From contig CAXHJY010001665.1 of assembly GCA_964016885.1 (NCBI GenBank), positions 1 through 63,400 of the forward strand: 63,400 nucleotides of DNA, in the 5' to 3' direction. The DNA comes from Eledone cirrhosa (lineage: Eukaryota). This document shows, in pieces, positions 49,671 through 63,400 of the stretch. The stretch's first letter is position 1. Each line of letters begins with the position of its first letter. The notes under the pieces are model-generated. The model was given only the letters and a program-made list of their open reading frames with translations, was not told the origin of the DNA and searched no databases. A program made the translations under genes and the position numbers.

Positions 49671-50496
49671 ATGTATATATATGTGGATATATATCTTTAT
49701 TATCTATTTTTTTTATATATATGTGTATGTGTGTATGTGTTGCGCGTGTGTGTGTGTGTATATATATATCTTTTTATATGTGTATGTGTATGTTCGTGTA
49801 AGTGTATGTGTGTGTATGACTGTATATGTATGTGTGTATGTGTGTATGCGTAAATATCTCTATGTGTGCGTACATGTATGTATGTGTGTTTATATATCTG
49901 TATGTGTGTATATATATTATATTATAGTTATTATATTTTATTGTTTTATTTTTTTATTTTTCTTAATTTATAGATACATTTATATTAGGCAGTCTGCTCA
50001 GACAATTGAATACTGACCCCTCCCCCCCCTCCCACCTAATTTCTGTATCTTGATCTTGAAATGTGTGTGCCAGTGTTTTATGTGAGTGATTTAATTTCTA
50101 TGTGCTTATGATTTTATATCCACATATATAAATGTGAGTGGGGGAGTGTGTGTGTTTGTATGTTCGTGGTTATGTGTATATTTATGCATATACGCGCATG
50201 TATGTGTGATTATACTGATATGTGTGAGTATGAAAAAATATATTTATATGCTTGACTCCATAAGTATCAATGTGCATCTTATCAGCGCATAAAGCTTACA
50301 GAGATATTAACCTTGAAATTTTGTGTTTGCATCCATCTTTTTAGTATGCGTATACAAATTATACACACATTTTTGTAAAATATGTGTAAGGATTTTACAT
50401 GTATATACACACACCGAACTGCTTTTAACCCTTTGTGTTTTCATTGGTCAATTTTGAACTGATATTTTGAATTGTTGTTATTATCAATAAATATAC

Positions 50497-50651
50497 TTCA
50501 TTATTTCTGAAGACGGCGTATATATGTGTTAGGTATGTATATTTAATCTTGATAATTTGTATAATTTTGTATAATTTTGTACATAGATCTGTTGAATATG
50601 CATACCAATTATAACACATATATACCCTAGAAACGATCGTTAAATAATGAA
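50497..50651 (+). ncRNA. Hammerhead ribozyme with extended stem II (array ends ~50 nt downstream)
   Basis: Identical to 31610-31764. Confidence 0.75.
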
Positions 50652-50818
50652 TTTTTTTGTTTAATATAAGGAATTGTTTATTCATTATTTGTTTAATATT
50701 TTATATAAATATATATATATATAAATATATATATAAATATATATATATATAAATATATATATATAAATATATATATATATAAATATATAAATATATATAT
50801 AAATATATATATATATAA

Positions 50819-50991
<173 letters not shown>

Positions 50992-50997
50992 TAAATA

Positions 50998-51191
50998 GTT
51001 TTAATATAGATGAGATTCTACAGGACTAGAACTGTTTCATTCATTAGAAATCATCATTCCTGATGATTTCTAATGAATGAAACAGTTCTAGTCCTGTAGA
51101 ATCTCATCTATATTAAAACTGTTATACTCTGCTATGTATTGAGTACCTTACTTACTGTGGTTACCTCCGATTCAACCCGGAATAACTAACG
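50998..51191 (+). mobile_element. Short fold-back hammerhead element (family S2, copy 1)
   Basis: Arms ~50998-51056 / 51061-51120; HHR ATTC-CTGATGA-...-GAAACAG...CTGTA-GAAT at 51056-51102; TSD TATATAAATATAAATA at 50982-50997 and 51192-51207. Confidence 0.82.
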
Positions 51192-51215
51192 TATATAAAT
51201 ATAAATATATATATT

Positions 51216-51269
<54 letters not shown>

Positions 51270-51339
51270 TATATATAGATATATATATTTATATATATAT
51301 ATTTATATATAGATATATATATTTATATATATATATATC

Positions 51340-51608
<269 letters not shown>

Positions 51609-51663
51609 ATTATATATTTATATATATATATATATTTATTATATATATATATTTATATATATT

Positions 51664-51756
<93 letters not shown>

Positions 51757-51797
51757 TTATATATTTATATATATATATAAATAAATATATATATATA

Positions 51798-51893
<96 letters not shown>

Positions 51894-51913
51894 TATTTAT
51901 ATATATATATATT

Positions 51914-51970
<57 letters not shown>

Positions 51971-52029
51971 ATTTATATATATATATATTTATATATATAT
52001 ATATATTTCTATATATATATATTTATATA

Positions 52030-52102
<73 letters not shown>

Positions 52103-52103
<1 letters not shown>

Positions 52104-52448
52104 AACAGTTTTATAGATAAATAGATTCGACATACCGTAAAAACACCGACTTCCATTTGAAGAGGTTTACGCTGCCAGCGTAAACCTCTTCAAATGGAAG
52201 TCGGTTTATTACGGTATGTCGAATCTATTTATATATAAAACTGTTTATATTGTATTTTGTCTGAGGAAGGCATAGCATATTGTTAATATGATATACCCGA
52301 AATATATATAATGAAATAAATATGGTTTTATAAATATAGTTTCCATTTATTTAATATTGTAAATATACTCCAAATATTTGTCAAGTGCTTTCATATCAGT
52401 TCTAAATATTTACTAGTTGTAAACCAACAATTTTAAATATAACTTTCC
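52103..52448 (+). mobile_element. Short hairpin-plus-hammerhead element (family S3, copy 1)
   Basis: ~72-bp arms around GCTG-C-CAGC (~52175), followed by an HHR and AATAAA; second copy at 61778-62123. Confidence 0.8.
52253..52318 (+). ncRNA. Minimal hammerhead ribozyme
   Basis: TATTTTGT-CTGAGGA-stem II (CATATT gtt AATATG)-GAAAT atat ATA-ATGAAATA. Confidence 0.72.
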
Positions 52449-52487
52449 ATATATATATATATTTATAAATATATATATATTTATATA

Positions 52488-52528
<41 letters not shown>

Positions 52529-52561
52529 TTATATATATATATATTTATATATATATATATT

Positions 52562-52654
<93 letters not shown>

Positions 52655-52656
52655 TT

Positions 52657-52952
<296 letters not shown>

Positions 52953-53012
52953 ATATTATATTTATATTTATATATATTATATATATATATATATATATAT
53001 TATATTTATATT

Positions 53013-53055
<43 letters not shown>

Positions 53056-53063
53056 TTATATAT

Positions 53064-53105
<42 letters not shown>

Positions 53106-53112
53106 TTATATA

Positions 53113-53260
<148 letters not shown>

Positions 53261-53272
53261 ATATTATATATT

Positions 53273-53362
<90 letters not shown>

Positions 53363-53373
53363 TTATATATATT

Positions 53374-53415
<42 letters not shown>

Positions 53416-53421
53416 TATATA

Positions 53422-57066
<3,645 letters not shown>

Positions 57067-57067
57067 T

Positions 57068-57103
<36 letters not shown>

Positions 57104-57121
57104 CATATATATATATATATT

Positions 57122-57153
<32 letters not shown>

Positions 57154-57350
57154 CGTTATTCCGGGTTGAATCGGAGGTAACCACAGTAAGTAAGGTACTC
57201 AATACATAGCAGAGTATAATAGTTTTAATATAGATGAGATTCTACAGGACTAGAACTGTTTCATTCATTAGAAATCATCAGGAATCTCCTGATGATTTCT
57301 AATGAATGAAACAGTTCTAGTCCTGTAGAATCTCATCTATATTAAAACTA
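57154..57350 (-). mobile_element. Short fold-back hammerhead element (family S2, copy 2, inverted)
   Basis: Reverse complement of 50998-51191 with a different hairpin centre; complete HHR on the minus strand at 57236-57288 (stem I GAGATTC/GAATCTC). Confidence 0.85.

Positions 57351-63400
<6,050 letters not shown>

Larger units (their letters stand above)
19433..50703. mobile_element. ~31 kb Naiad-type PLE concatemer: inverted arm 19433-26534 (-) plus head-to-tail array 26527-50703 (+), unit ~6.3 kb
   Basis: Identical 813-aa ORFs spaced 6293/6301 bp apart, no spacer between units, six HHR copies, (TA)n at both ends. Confidence 0.95.

Noticed and set aside
19433-50703. CRISPR array, prokaryotic retron or DGR interpretation of RT plus repeats
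   Set aside because: No repeat-spacer structure or cas genes; the RT/GIY-YIG/pLTR layout and microsatellites are eukaryotic PLE features.

Overview
Eukaryotic, very AT-rich window with no host gene. It is a degenerate (TA)n field packed with retroelements. The SINE/LINE/RTE end motifs resemble cephalopod (Octopus-like) repeats, which is an inference from memory. Contents in order: the 3' part of a CR1/L2-group LINE (1-1569); a Naiad-type Penelope-like element (PLE; RT plus C-terminal GIY-YIG) built from two subfamilies (3215-11137); a truncated Neptune-like PLE with an inverted pLTR (11274-12643); a truncated Naiad with an inverted pLTR (15071-17420); a ~31 kb insertion of about five near-identical 6.3 kb Naiad units with intact 813-aa ORFs, one arm inverted and the rest head-to-tail (19433-50703); a frameshifted RTE LINE (53483-56985); and five short fold-back, hammerhead-bearing elements from three families. 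Every PLE family carries a complete or partial minimal hammerhead ribozyme (HHR). The most notable signals are: (1) an HHR with a ~115-nt extended stem II; (2) a shared CTCTR...ATTGAGY motif, with element ends falling 4-7 nt upstream of it in five unrelated families; (3) independent insertions folding back at the HHR; (4) two haplotypes alternating in the concatemer, with a register that does not match the pLTR; (5) a higher-order, polarity-switching structure within the (TA)n field itself.
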